Source: Eledone cirrhosa
Taxonomy: Eukaryota
Reading direction: 5' to 3'
Assembly: GCA_964016885.1 (NCBI GenBank)
Contig: OZ024759.1
Span: forward strand, 5,208,001-5,272,000
DNA: 64,000 nt
Shown: piece after piece, positions 39,840-53,350 of the stretch
Layout of the letters: every line of letters begins with the position of its first letter
Position numbering within the stretch: the first letter of the stretch is position 1
Notes under the pieces: model-generated
What the model was told of the DNA's origin: nothing
Databases searched by the model: none
Seen by the model: only the letters and a program-made list of their open reading frames with translations
Program-made: the position numbers and the translations under genes

Positions 39840-40464
39840 TATATATATATCCAGGGAGTGTAACATGAAGTTACTGTAGGTTCACCCAGGTGAGCACTCA
39901 ATCTTTAGATTCTCGTCCATCATTACAACAGCAGAGGTCCGACGACCTTTTGATTCCTCAGTCTGGCTAGATCAATACTGATCAAACTTTGAGCTGAGCA
40001 ATAGCAAAACGTGCATCACCAATCAATAAATGTAATGAAGGCTTAACAAATCGTCATTGTATTATTATTATTATACACACACACACACATATATATGTAT
40101 ATATAAATATATATATATATATTTATATATATATCACAGAAAAAAAGATAGGAAAATCTGCTTCATAGAATCAAAACGTATCTGAGGACCTTGCGATTTT
40201 CAGAGTCAGGTTTGATCATCACATCGATCGTGCCTCGAGCTGGTCGCCAGAGAAACAATTGTAATATGTCCAATAAATTCCATTCGTCGCAACACTGATT
40301 CCCTTCTTTTCTGTGACATCATACTCTGCTCTATGAGAGCATTGAGTGCTCAAATGGCCTACCTCATACGGACACTTTAAGCATCCAACACCAATTATAT
40401 ATATATATATACACACACACATATATATACACACCCACACACATATATATATACACATATGTAT

Positions 40465-40505
<41 letters not shown>

Positions 40506-40519
40506 TATATATACACACC

Positions 40520-40551
<32 letters not shown>

Positions 40552-40591
40552 CATATGTATACACATATATATATATATATATGTACACACC

Positions 40592-41822
40592 TCATCATCA
40601 TCAGGTCGAGCTTGCTCGGCTTTCTACGACACGTTTCCTCCATCCATCTCTGTCTCTCATAGCGTTTGCCAGTTCTTCCGCAGTGCATCCAGTATCATCC
40701 TCAAGTTGCTTGACGTATAACAACACATCACCTGCTATAACAACACATCACCTGCTATATCTTCCTTGCTGCGCCAACAGTGGCCAGCAAATCTGAGTCT
40801 CTGTCCACGTATTGACCTCCTGATAGGTGGTATATTGCCATAGAGATCCTTATTTGTTGGGTGTTCCCTCGAAGACACATTTAAAGCAGCGTGGAGCATA
40901 CGTGTGTATGCCCCGTCTAGCTTTTTCTCCAGTTTTGACGTTAGCGTCCAAGTGATAGAGCCATAAACAAACACAGACTCCACAGCAGCTCTGAAGAAAT
41001 TCCTTTTCAGTTTGACCGGCAGGTTTGATTTCTATATCTTCTCCATTGCATTCAATGCTCCCCAGGCTTTTCCCAGTCTGTTGTTAACATCATGTTCTGT
41101 GGAGGCGATATAGCTACCCAGGTATTTGAAGTCGTCAACTTGCTTGATTATATCGCCGTTTAGACTTCGCATACCAACTGAGGAGTCTTGGTTCAGGCAA
41201 ATATATTCTGTTTTGCCTGTGTTGACATAGAGTCGGATTTCCTTTGCAACTGATTCGATGCTGTGAAGTAGTGATGTTGCATCCTTAAGGTAGTCAGCGA
41301 GGACCGCTAAATCATCCGCATAGTCAGCATCGGTGATTTTCTGAGCTGCATGGCGTCTACACTTTCACTTTGTGAGAGTGAAACCAAGCTCTAAGTTTTC
41401 GTCCAGGGCTTTTCTCAATACATAGTCGAGGCAGATGATAAAAAATGTATGGTGCAAGAGTATCCCCTTGGAGTACTCCTGCAATGATGTCAAAGAAGTT
41501 GGTATCTCCATCAGGTGAGCGCACCATTGCGCAGGTGTTTTTATATAACATCATGATGGCATTTACTGTTTCCCTTGGCAAGCCGTAGGCTAGAAGTATC
41601 TCTCTCATCCTCCCACGATGGATGGAATCGAATGCTTTTGAAAAGTCAATAAACAGGAGAGTTGCTGGGAGGTTTGGGCTTTTACACCTTCCAAGATACG
41701 CCGAATAGTAAGTATTTGCCCTGATGTTGATCTGTTGGTGCGGAAGCCCTTTTGGTTTTTTCTCAGCAAGGGGTCAATGACAGATCTTATTCTGTCAAAC
41801 AGCATGAGATTGTATATCTTTG
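40592..41822 (-). mobile_element. 5'-truncated, frameshifted RTE-like LINE (RT region)
   Basis: GFRTNRSTSGQILTIRRILE, GVLQGDTLAPY, DYADD near 41315, [10 protein letters not shown], (tga)n tail; embedded in (TA/CA)n. Confidence 0.85.
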
Positions 41823-41911
41823 CGTGTGTGTATATATATACACACACACACACATATATATGTATACACACACACACATATATACTGTAATATACATCAT
41901 AATATACATAC

Positions 41912-42045
41912 CATGGTGACAGTCAGGTCCCTGGTAACTGGGTTGACAACCTCCACTGGAACACACACCTGTGATGAAGTTGTGGTGACATCAGCACAGT
42001 GGCAGGTTTCTTTACAGTTGAGGCCGTAGTTACCTTGACGACACT
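41912..42045 (-). pseudogene. Divergent EGF exon with 4-bp deletion (134 bp)
   Basis: CRQGNYGLNCKETCHCADVT, frameshift removing one Cys, then NFITGVCSSGGCQPSYQGPDCHH G|gtatgt. Confidence 0.7.
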
Positions 42046-42074
42046 CTCAAATATTGGACATTATGTACCAACAT

Positions 42075-42635
42075 TACCACCACCACCACCACACCATCAC
42101 CATCATCACCATTGTCCTCCTCACAACCACCACCAACATCACCAGCACCACCACCACCACCACCACCATCATCACCACCCCCAGCACCACCACCACCATC
42201 ATCACCACCACCAGCACCACCACCACCACCACCACCATCACCACCACCACCATCATTCTTATCACCATCACCACCACCACCATCATTCTTATCACCATCA
42301 CCACCACCACCACCACCACCACCACCACCACCACCATCACCACCCCCATCGCCACCACCATCACCACCACCACCACCATCACCACCACCATCACCACCAC
42401 CATCACCACCACCGCCACCACCACCGCTACCACCACCACCACCACCACCACCACCACCACCGCCACCACCACCATCACCACCACCACCACCACCACCACC
42501 ATCACCAACACAACCACCACCACCATCACCAACACAACCACCACCGCCACCACCGCCACCATCACCACCACCACCACCACCGCCACCACCGCCACCACCA
42601 CCGCCACCACCACCACCACCACCACCGCCGCCACC

Positions 42636-42668
<33 letters not shown>

Positions 42669-42993
42669 ACCACCACCACCACCACCACCACCAACACCAC
42701 CACCACCGCCATCACCAACACCACCACCACCACCAAACACCACCACCACCACCACCACCACCACCACCACCGCCATCACCAACACCACCACCGCCACCAC
42801 CGCCATCACCAACACCACCACCGCCACCACCGCCATCACCAACACCACCACCATCACCATCACCACCACCACCGCCACCATCACCGCCACCACCGCCACC
42901 ATCATCACCACCATCACCACCACCATCATCATCACCACCACCACCACCACCACCACCACCACCACCACCACCACCACCATCATCATCACCACC
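42075..42993. repeat. About 900-bp (CAC)n microsatellite
   Basis: Directly visible. Confidence 0.95.
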
Positions 42994-43004
42994 ATCTGCG
43001 AGAT

Positions 43005-46000
43005 CAAAAATACTGTTGTGGTCCCATTCCATTACTTCACCAATCTTGTAGACTCTAAATATTGTAATGGTCACTGTCCCTTCTCTTCCACCAATCTGGG
43101 AGTCACTAAATACTGTCATGGTTCCTGTTCCTCCCTCCAGTAATCTTGGAGACCCTAAATACTGTTGTAGTACCTTCCCATTCCTTCCACTAATTTTGGA
43201 GACCCTAAATATTGCAATGGGTACTGTCCCTTCCTTCCTTTCCATCAATCTAGGGGACCCTAAATACTGTTCTGGTCCCTGTCTCTTCTCTTCCACCAAT
43301 CAGTGAGTCCCTTAATACTGCCGTGGTCCCTGTCTCTTCTCTTCCACCAATCAGTGAGTCCCTTAATACTGTTGTGGTCCCTGTCTCTTCTCTTCCACCA
43401 ATCAGTGAGTCCCTTAATACTGTTGTGGTCCCTGTCTCTTCTCTTCCACCAATCAGTGAGTCCCTAAATACTGTTGTGGTCCCTGTCTCTTCTCTTCCAC
43501 CAATCAGTGAGTCCCTTAATACTGTTGTGGTCCCTGTCTCTTCTCTTCCACCAATCAGTGAGTCCCTAAATACTATCATGGTCCCTGTCTCTTCTCTTCC
43601 ACTAATCAGTGAGTCCCTTAATACTGTTGTGGTCCCTGTCTCTTCTCTTCCACCAATCAGTGAGTCCCTAAATACTATCATGGTCCCTGTCTCTTCTCTT
43701 CCACCAATCAGTGAGTCCCTTAATACTGTTGTGGTGCCTGTCTCTTCTCTTCCACCAATCAGTGAGTCCCTTAATACTGCCGTGGTCCCTGTCTCTTCTC
43801 TTCCACCAATCAGTGAGTCCCTTAATACTGTTGTGGTCCCTGTCTCTTCTCTTCCACCAATCAGTGAGTCCCTTAATACTGTTGTGGTCCCTGTCTCTTC
43901 TCTTCCACCAATCAGTGAGTCGCTAAATACTGTTGTGGTCCCTGTCTCTTCTCTTCCACTAATCAGTGAGTCCCTTAATACTGTTGTGGTCCCTGTCTCT
44001 TCTCTTCCACCAATCAGTGAGTCCCTAAATACTATCATGGTCCCTGTCTCTTCTCTTCCACCAATCAGTGAGTCCCTTAATACTGTTGTGGTCCCTGTCT
44101 CTTCTCTTCCACCAATCAGTGAGTCCCTTAATACTGTTGTGGTCCCTGTCTCTTCTCTTCCACCAATCAGTGAGTCCCTTAATACTGTCGTGGTCCCTGT
44201 CTCTTCTCTTCCACCAATCAGTGAGTCCCTTAATACTGTTGTGGTCCCTGTCTCTTCTCTTCCACCAATCAGTAAGTCCCTTAATACTGTTGTGGTGCCT
44301 GTCTCTTCTCTTCCACCAATCACTGAGTCCCTTAATACTGTTGTGGTCCCTGTCTCTTTTCTTCCACCAATCAGTGAGTCCCTTAATACTGTCATGGTCC
44401 CTGTCTCTTCTCTTCCACCAATCAGTGAGTCCCTTAATACTGTCGTGGTCCCTGTCTCTTCTCTTCCACCAATCAGTGAGTCCCTTAATATTGTCATGGT
44501 CCCTGTCTCTTCTCTTCCACCAATCAGTGAGTTCCTTAATACTGTTGTGGTCCCTGTGTCTTCTCTTCCACCAATCAGTGAGTCCCATAATACTGTCGTG
44601 GTCCCTGTCTCTTCTCTTCCACCAATCAGTGAGTCCCTTAATACTGTTGTGGTCCCTGTCTCTTCTCTTCCACCAATCAGTGAGTCCCTTAATACTGTCG
44701 TGGTCCCTGTCTCTATCTTCCACCAATCAGTGAGTCCCTAAATACTGTTGTGGTCCCTGTCGCTTCTCTTCCACCAATCAGTGAGTCTCTTAATACTGTC
44801 GTGGTCCCTGTCTCTATCTTCCACCAATCAGTGAGTCCCTAAATACTGTTGTGGTCCCTGTCTCTTCTCTTCCACCAATCAGTGAGTCCCTTAATACTGT
44901 TGTGGTCCCTGTCTCTATCTTCCACCAATCAGTGAGTCCCTAAATACTGTTGTGGTCCCTGTCTCTTCTCTTCCACCAATCAGTGAGTCCCTAAATACTG
45001 TTGTGGTCCCTGTCTCTTCTCTTCCACCAATCAGTGAGTCCCTTAATACTGTCGTGGTCCCTGTCTCTTCCACCAATCAGTGAGTCCCTAAATACTGTTG
45101 TGGTCCCTGTCTCTTCTCTTCCACCAATCAGTGAGTCCCTAAATACTGTTGTGGTCCCTGTCTCTTCTCTTCCACCAATCAGTGAGTCCCTTAATACTGT
45201 CGTGGTCCCTGTCTCTTCTCTTCCACCAATCAGTGAGTCTCTTAATACTGTTGTGGTCCCTGTCTCTTCTCTTCCACCAATCAGTGAGTCCCTAAATACT
45301 GTTGTGGTCCCTGTCTCTTCTCTTCCACCAATCAGTGAGTCCCTAAATACTATCATTGTCCCTGTCTCTTCTCTTCCACCAATCAGTGAGTCCCTTAATA
45401 CTGTCGTTGTCCCTGTCTCTTCTCTTCCACCAATCAGTGAGTCTCTTAATACTGTTGTGGTTCCTGTCTCTTCTCTTCCACCAATCAGTGAGTCCCTAAA
45501 TACTATCATTGTCCCTGTCTCTTCTCTTCCACCAATCAGTGAGTCCCTTAATACTGTCGTTGTCCCTGTCTCTTCTCTTCCACCAATCAGTGAGTCCCTA
45601 AATACTGTTGTGGTCCCTGTCTCTTCTCTTCCACCAATCAGTGAGTCCCTTAATACTGTCGTGGGCCCTGTCTCTATCTTCCACCAATCAGTGAGTCTCT
45701 TAATACTGTCGTGGTCCCTGTCTCTTCTCTTACACCAATCAGTGAGTCCCTAAACACTGTTGTGGTCCCTGTCTCTTCTCTTCCACCAATCAGTGAGTCC
45801 CTTAATACTGTTGTGGTCCCTGTCTCTTCTCTTCCACCAATCAGTGAGTCCCTAAATACTGTTGTGGTCCCTGTCTCTTCTCTTCCACCAATCAGTGAGT
45901 CCCTTAATACTGTTGTGGTCCCTGTCTCTTCTCTTCCACCAATCAGTGAGTCTCTTAATACTGTCGTGGTCCCTGTCTCTTCTCTTACACCAATCAGTGA

Positions 46001-46490
46001 GTCCCTAAATACTGTTGTGGTCCCTGTCTCGTCTCATCCACCAATCATTGAGTCCCTTAATACTGTCATGGTCCCTGTCTCTTCTCTTCCACCAATCAGT
46101 GAGTCCCTAAATACTGTCGTGGTCCCTGTCACTTCTCTTCCACCAATCAGTGAGTCCCTTAATACTGTTGTGGTCCCTGTCTCTTCTCTTCCACCAATCA
46201 GTGAGTCCCTTAATACTGTTGTGGTCCCTGTCTCTTCTCTTCCACCAATCAGTGAGTCCCTAAATACTGTTGAGTTCCCTGTCTCTTCTCTTCCACCAAT
46301 CAGTGAGTCCCTAAATACTGTCGTGGTCCCTGTCTCTTCTCTTCCAGCAATCAGTGAGTCATAAATACTATCATGGTCCCTGTCTCTTCTTTTCCACCAA
46401 TCAGTGAGTCCCTTAATACTGTCGTGGTCCCTGTCTCTTCTCTTCCACCAATCAGTGAGTCCCTAAATACTATCATGGTCCCTGTCCCTT
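43005..46490. repeat. 51-bp minisatellite, about 65 copies
   Basis: Unit gtccctgtctcttctcttccaccaatcagtgagtcccttaatactgttgtg; divergent monomers at 43005-43260. Confidence 0.95.
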
Positions 46491-46523
46491 CCCTCTCTAA
46501 AGGGTAAACAGATAAAAACTTAC

Positions 46524-46661
46524 TTGACTGGCAGCTGTGTCCCCTGTGACCAGGTGAGCACCTTCCATGGATGCAGATACCATTGTCAGAGTAACATTTG
46601 CCATTATTCAGACAGTGGCACTCCTTCACACAGTTGACACCAAACATGCCATGGGCACATC
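46524..46661 (-). CDS. EGF-like exon (138 bp, phase 1-1)
   Basis: ttttctcag|GA TGT GCC CAT...TCA A|gtaagt; CAHGMFGVNCVKECHCLNNGKCYSDNGICIHGRCSPGHRGHSCQS. Confidence 0.9.
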
Positions 46662-46689
46662 CTGAGAAAACAACTTCAATATGTAATTA

Positions 46690-47262
46690 CTGTATTTCCT
46701 GACGCCGAAGACACTTCGTCCTCGAGGACACACCCTAATTCTGACAACCAAAAATTTGAAAAAAAATAATTGTTTCTACTTTTGGCACAAGGCCAGTAAT
46801 TATCCCAGTGTATTACTGGTACTTTATTTTATCGACCCCCGTAAGGATGAATGGCAAAGTTAACCTCGGCGGGATTTGAACTCAGACCATAAAGGGACGT
46901 AACTCTTTGCTGCAAAGCATGGCGTCAGACCGATACTGCCAATCCACTGCTCTTTGAATTTGAAGAAAAATAATTGTTTCTACTATTGGCACAAGGCCAG
47001 CAATCACCCAGTACATTACTGGTACTTTATTTTATCGACTCCGTAAGGATGAAAGGCAATGTTAACCTTGGCGGGATTTGAACTCAGAATGGCAAGTGCT
47101 GTAACTCTATGCGTCAAAGCATGGCGTCCGACCCTCTACCGATACTGCCAATTCACTGCCCTTTGAAGAAAAATAATAAACAACTTTCGGCCTCCAGGAT
47201 GCATGGTAGATTTTTGAGACTTATTTTAGTAAAAGTAGCGTCTTTGACGCCGGGAAATACGG
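46690..47262. mobile_element. pogo/Tigger-like MITE carrying two nested SINE B copies
   Basis: Termini ctgtatttcctgacgccgaagac / gtctttgacgccgggaaatacgg; SINEs at about 46768-46950 and 46970-47160 on minus strand. Confidence 0.7.
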
Positions 47263-47439
47263 TGAGTTTAATTAATTCAAATTTCAGAGTTGTTATCTTT
47301 CATCCTTTGAGTGTATCCCATTTACAATAGTAACTCTATAACCCTGCATGTTGTAGAAAGAGCCTAAAATAGTTTGGCATCAAGAAGGGCATCCAGCAGC
47401 AAAATAATGCCTCAATACTATATATCATCATCATCATTG

Positions 47440-47830
47440 GATGCGCAATGTCAATGTGCATGAATGAGCAAGCATAGACGAGTTGAGAAAGAAATTGTGT
47501 ATAATAGGGATAAGCTGTAGTGTGTGGGAGAGAAGACTGCGTTGGTATAGACATATGATGTGCATGGAGGATGACTGCTGGGTAAAGAAGTGCCAAGAAA
47601 TCCCAGTAGAAAGAAGATGCAGTAGAGGAAGACCACGAAAATCATGGACGAAGGTGGTGAGATCTGACCTCAGATTGCTGAAGCTCATGGAGGAGATGAC
47701 GAAAGACTGTGATGAATGGAGAGATGCTGTGCTGTATAGGACCCATCCCACCCTTGCAAGCAGGGAAAAGCGGACGTAAAATGATGATGATGATCATCAT
47801 CATGGTTATCATCATCATCATCATCATTGT
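47440..47830 (+). mobile_element. RTE-type LINE 3' end
   Basis: RRLRWYRHMMCME...RGRPRKSW..VVRSDL...EWR then (gat)n tail. Confidence 0.75.
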
Positions 47831-48873
47831 TTAACATCCATCTTCCACACTAGTCTGGATAAGATGGTTTTGTTCCACTTGAGGTGAGATTGGTCTGGAG
47901 ACTGTGTCTTGCTTGTACAGAACTGTCTTTGGTAGGTTTTTTACCCCTGGAGGCCCTTCCTAACACCAACCACATTTACAGTGTACATCTTCTGTTTATT
48001 ACATAATTCTGTTATACGTATTTCGAAGATGTCAGAGTGGTTGCATAACTTTCTGACATGTTCTCTTCAGACAAGTTGAAATTTGTGTTCTTTTATTTTG
48101 TTTTTGATATGCTACCAAGGAGTGGGGGTTAGAGTTGTGTTTGCATTCCTGTCCAGTTGTTATATGGTTTGGATGGCTATTCTAGTAGGCAGATATGAAG
48201 CAGGAGGTGCTATTGTTGCTGACATACTAGGGATGCTAAGTAGGTTAAGGTATCAAATTACCAGAGGGGTAAGTCATCACCCCACCCCCCGTTCATATAT
48301 GTTAAAGAATTTGTTCGAATAATCTACTTATTTTTTTGTTTATTTGAACTTTGTTTATTTGTTTGAACTACATAGCTATATATCCAGGCTGTGTATTATT
48401 AGAGAAGGTGATTCTTGTGTAACTATGTAAGGATGCATTAAATGTATAGATTTAGTCATTATGTTCAGCTCTAGGTGGAAGTTAGCATGGAACGTGTTAA
48501 CTATCTAATCTAAGGAAAGTTTTAGATATTTTATGCATACAAGTATTAACTCTTTAGCATTTACATTACTCTGTAATGTATTTTCTCTGTAAAGTCTTTA
48601 CCTCACATAATAATCTCACATAATATCAAATCCACAAGATTTTGATATTATTTATTTTGAGAACAATACCTTAACAAAAGTATGAGCAGCCAGTTACGGC
48701 TGGTTTGAACAGAAAAAGCACCACCTACACTCCACTCCCACTATAACCATGACAGCCACCTCCACTCCACCACCACCTCCACTCCACTCCCACTATAACC
48801 ACGACAGCCACCAACACTCCACTCCCACTATAACCATGACAACCACCTACACTCCACCCCCACCACCACTCAC

Positions 48874-49008
48874 CTTTACAAGTGTTATTCACATCAATAT
48901 ATCCATCTTTACATCCAGTCACACATTTGCCAGTCAATTGATCACATGTCTTTCTGCAGTTGTTGCACTCTTCTTTACAATTTCTTCCATAGAATCCAGG
49001 GAGACATT
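48874..49008 (-). CDS. EGF-like exon (135 bp, phase 1-1), first EGF after the lectin-like domain
   Basis: tctttctag|AA TGT CTC CCT...AAA G|gtgagt; CLPGFYGRNCKEECNNCRKTCDQLTGKCVTGCKDGYIDVNNTCK. Confidence 0.9.
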
Positions 49009-49045
49009 CTAGAAAGACAAACAATCTTAGTCATTATTTCAATCT

Positions 49046-49430
49046 AGGGCAGTGGATTGGCAGAATCGGTGGAGCATCGAACACCATGCTTTGCGGCATA
49101 AAGTTATGGCCCTTTATGATCTGAGTTCCAATCCCGCCGAGGGTAACTTTGCTTTTCATCCTTACGGGGTCTTGTGCCTATATAAGGAACCATTATTTTA
49201 ATCAAGGGCGGTGGATTGGCAGTATCGTTAGAGTGTCGAACACCATGCTTTGCGGTATTGAGTTACGACCCTTTCCATTCTGAGTTCAAAACCCGCCAAA
49301 GTTAGCTTGGCCTTTCATCCTTACGGGGTCGATAAAATAAAGTACCAGTCACACACTGGGGTCATTTAAATCGACTTTCCCCCTTCCCTTCAAATTGCTG
49401 GCCTTGTGCCAACAGTAGAAACAATTATTT
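49046..49430 (+). mobile_element. Head-to-tail pair of SINE family B
   Basis: Heads at about 49047 and 49206; attatttcaatc-like motif before, between and after. Confidence 0.78.
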
Positions 49431-49463
49431 CAATCTGCACTTTGACAATGCTGTTTATTTTAA

Positions 49464-52400
49464 CCCTTTAGCATTTACATTACCCTGTATTTACTATTGT
49501 ATTTTCATGGTAAAGGCTTTACCTCACATAATTATCTCACGTAGCATTTACATTACTCTGCATTTACTATTGTATTTTAATGGTAAAGGCTTTACCTCAC
49601 ATAACATTTACATTACCCTGTATTTACTATTGTATTTTCATGGTAAAGGCTTTACCTCACATAATTATCTCATAACATTTACATTACTCTGTATTTACTA
49701 TTGTATTTTCATGGTAAAGGCTTTACCTCACATAATTATCTCACATAACATTTACATTACCCTGTATTTACTATTGTATTTTCATGGTAAAGGTTTTACC
49801 TCACATAATTATCTCATAACATTTAAATTACTCTGTATTTACTATTGTATTTTCATGGTAAAGGCTTTACCTCACATAATTATCTCACATAACATTTACA
49901 TTACCCTGTATTTACTATTGTATTTTCATGGTAAAGGCTTTACCTCACATAATTATCTCATAACATTTACATTACCCTGTATTTACTATTGTATTTTCAT
50001 GGTAAAGGCTTTACCTCACATAACATTTACATTACTCTGTATTTACTATTGTATTTTCATGGTAAAGGCTTTACCTCACATAATTATCTCACATAACATT
50101 TACATTACTCTGTATTTACTATTGTATTTTCATGGTAAAGGCTTTACCTCACATAATTATCTCACATAGCATTTACATTACTCTGTATTTACTATTGTAT
50201 TTTCATGGTAAAGGCTTTACCTCACATAATTATCTCATAACATTTACATTACTCTGTATTTACTATTGTATTTTCATGGTAAAGGCTTTACCTCACATAA
50301 TTATCTCACATAACATTTACATTACCCTGTATTTACTATTGTATTTTCATGGTAAAGGCTTTACCTCACATAATTATCTCACATAACATTTACATTACCC
50401 TGTATTTACTATTGTATTTTCATGGTAAAGGCTTTACCTCACATAATTATCTCATAACATTTACATTACTCTGTATTTACTATTGTATTTTCATGGTAAA
50501 GGCTTTACCTCACATAATTATCTCACATAACATTTACATTACCCTGTATTTACTATTGTATTTTCATGGTAAAGGCTTTACCTCACATAATTATCTCATA
50601 ACATTTACATTACTCTGTATTTACTATTGTATTTTCATGGTAAAGGCTTTACCTCACATAATTATCTCACATAACATTTACATTACCCTGTATTTACTAT
50701 TGTATTTTCATGGTAAAGGCTTTACCTCACATAATTATCTCATAACATTTACATTACTCTGTATTTACTATTGTATTTTCATGGTAAAGGCTTTACCTCA
50801 CATAATTATCTCACATAACATTTACATTACCCTGTATTTACTATTGTATTTTCATGGTAAAGGCTTTACCTCACATAATTATCTCATAACATTTACATTA
50901 CCCTGTATTTACTATTGTATTTTCATGGTAAAGGCTTTACCTCACATAATTATCTCACATAACATTTACATTACTCTGTATTTACTATTGTATTTTCATG
51001 GTAAAGGCTTTATCTCACATAACATTTACATTACTCTGTATTTACTATTGTATTTTCATGTTAAAGGCTTTACCTCACATAATTCTCATAACATTTACAT
51101 TACTCTGTATTTATTATTGTATTTTCATGGTAAAGGCTTTACCTCACATAATTATCTCACATAACATTTACATTACTCTGTATTTACTATTGTATTTTCA
51201 TGGTAAAGGCTTTACCTCACATAATTATCTCACATAACATTTACATTACTCTGTATTTACTATTGTATTTTCATGGTAAAGGCTTTACCTCACATAATTA
51301 TCTCACGTAACATTTACATTACCCTGTATTTACTATTGTATTTTCATGGTAAAGGCTTTACCTCACATAATTATCTCACATAACATTTACATTACTCTGT
51401 ATTTACTATTGTATTTTCATGGTAAAGGCTTTACCTCACATAATATCTCACATAACATTTACATTACCCTGTATTTACTATTGTATTTTCATGGTAAAGG
51501 CTTTACCTCACATAATTATCTCACATAACATTTACATTACCCTGTATTTACTATTGTATTTTCATGGTAAAGGCTTTACCTCACATAATATCTCACATAA
51601 CATTTACATTACTCTGTATTTACTATTGTATTTTCATGGTAAAGGCTTTACCTCACATAACATTTACATTACCCTGTATTTACTATTGTATTTTCATGGT
51701 AAAGGCTTTACCTCACATAATATCTCACATAACATTTACATTACTCTGTATTTACTATTGTATTTTCATGGTAAAGGCTTTACCTCACATAACATTTACA
51801 TTACTCTCTATTTACTATTGTATTTTCATGGTAAAGGCTTTACCTCACATAATTATCTCACATAACATTTACATTACCCTGTATTTACTATTGTATTTTC
51901 ATGGTAAAGGCTTTACCTCACATAATTATCTCACATAACATTTACATTACTCTGTATTTACTATTGTATTTTCATGGTAAAGGCTTTACCTCACATAATA
52001 TCTCACATAACATTTACATTACCCTGTATTTACTATTGTATTTTCATGGTAAAGGCTTTACCTCACATAATATCTCACATAATATTTACATTACCCTGTA
52101 TTTACTATTGTATTTTCATGGTAAAGGCTTTACCTCACATAATATCTCATAACATTTACATTACTCTGTATTTACTATTGTATTTTCATGGTAAAGGCTT
52201 TACCTCACATAATTATCTCACATAACATTTACATTACCCTGTATTTACTATTGTATTTTCATGGTAAAGGCTTTACCTCACATAATATCTCACATAACAT
52301 TTACATTACTCTGTATTTACTATTGTATTTTCATGGTAAAGGCTTTACCTCACATAATACCTCACATAACATTTACATTACTCTCTATTTACTATTGTAT

Positions 52401-52724
52401 TTTCATGGTAAAGGCTTTACCTCACATAATTATCTCACATAACATTTACCTTACTCTGTATTTACTATTGCATTTTCATGGTAAAGGCTTTACCTCACAT
52501 AATTATCTCACATAACATTTACATTACTCTGTATTTACTATTGTATTTTCATGGTAAAGGCTTTACCTCACATAATTATCTCACATAATATTGAATCTAC
52601 AAGATTTTAATATTATTTATTTTGAGAAGAAAACCTTAACATCAGTATGAGTGGCCAGTTGCAGCTGATTTGAACAGAGGTTAGAGAATTCTGGCCGGAT
52701 ATGGCCAGTTTAAATGCTAAAGGG
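49464..52724 (+). mobile_element. piggyBac-like MITE with internal 60-73-bp unit amplified over 40 times
   Basis: TTAA|ccctttagcattta...taaatgctaaaggg|TTAA; same family as 7138-7358. Confidence 0.9.
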
Positions 52725-53182
52725 TTAAACTGTTTACATTCCATTATAATTTCATGTAAGAACCTTTGTTAAGTTATATTCCAAACCACCTGAACTGCCC
52801 CAGGTTCTATGCTACAAAATTGTTTATTCCAAAGCCTTTATATTATCTAAAAATCTTCCATCTAATTTCATGTAAGAACCTTTGTTAAGTTACATTCCAA
52901 ACCACCTGAAACTGCCCTTATTCCACTTTAAGTTTACGGTTCATTTCTTTTTCATTTAGAATTGTCTCCTGCAAGAACATAGATGAAAATGGATGAAAAT
53001 GCACAAAAATTCAAACTGGTTATAATCAACAAGTAAAATCTTATTCATTTTTTTTTTTTTGGCATGGCATTGGAAAAGCATCACACTGTCTAAAAACGTC
53101 TGTCTTAAACCAGAAGGCTTGTTAGGCCAATGCTTATCTCGGTTTCATGGCATGAAGCAACTTGAAGTACAAGACACCTTGC

Positions 53183-53350
53183 TGTGAAGGCACATGTCTT
53201 AGTGGTTAGAGCATTGGGTTTGCAATCGAAAGGTTGTGAGTTCAATTCTCGGACCAGGTGATGTGTTGTTTCCTTGAGCAAGACACTTTATTTCACATTG
53301 CTCCAGTTTACTCAGCTGTAGAAATGAAATGATAGGACTGGGGTCCGTAT
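53183..53350 (+). mobile_element. SINE family C 5' half
   Basis: Matches 35088-35250. Confidence 0.7.

Noticed and set aside
41999-43299. Poly-His, poly-Pro, poly-Thr and poly-Gly ORFs
   Set aside because: All are frames of a (CAC)n microsatellite.
43250-46364. Mucin-like VPVSSLPPISESLNTV ORFs
   Set aside because: 51-bp satellite open in several frames on both strands, with frameshifting unit variants; begins just inside an intron.
49507-52515. Multiple MVKALPHII ORFs
   Set aside because: MITE-internal tandem repeat with unit lengths not constrained to multiples of three.
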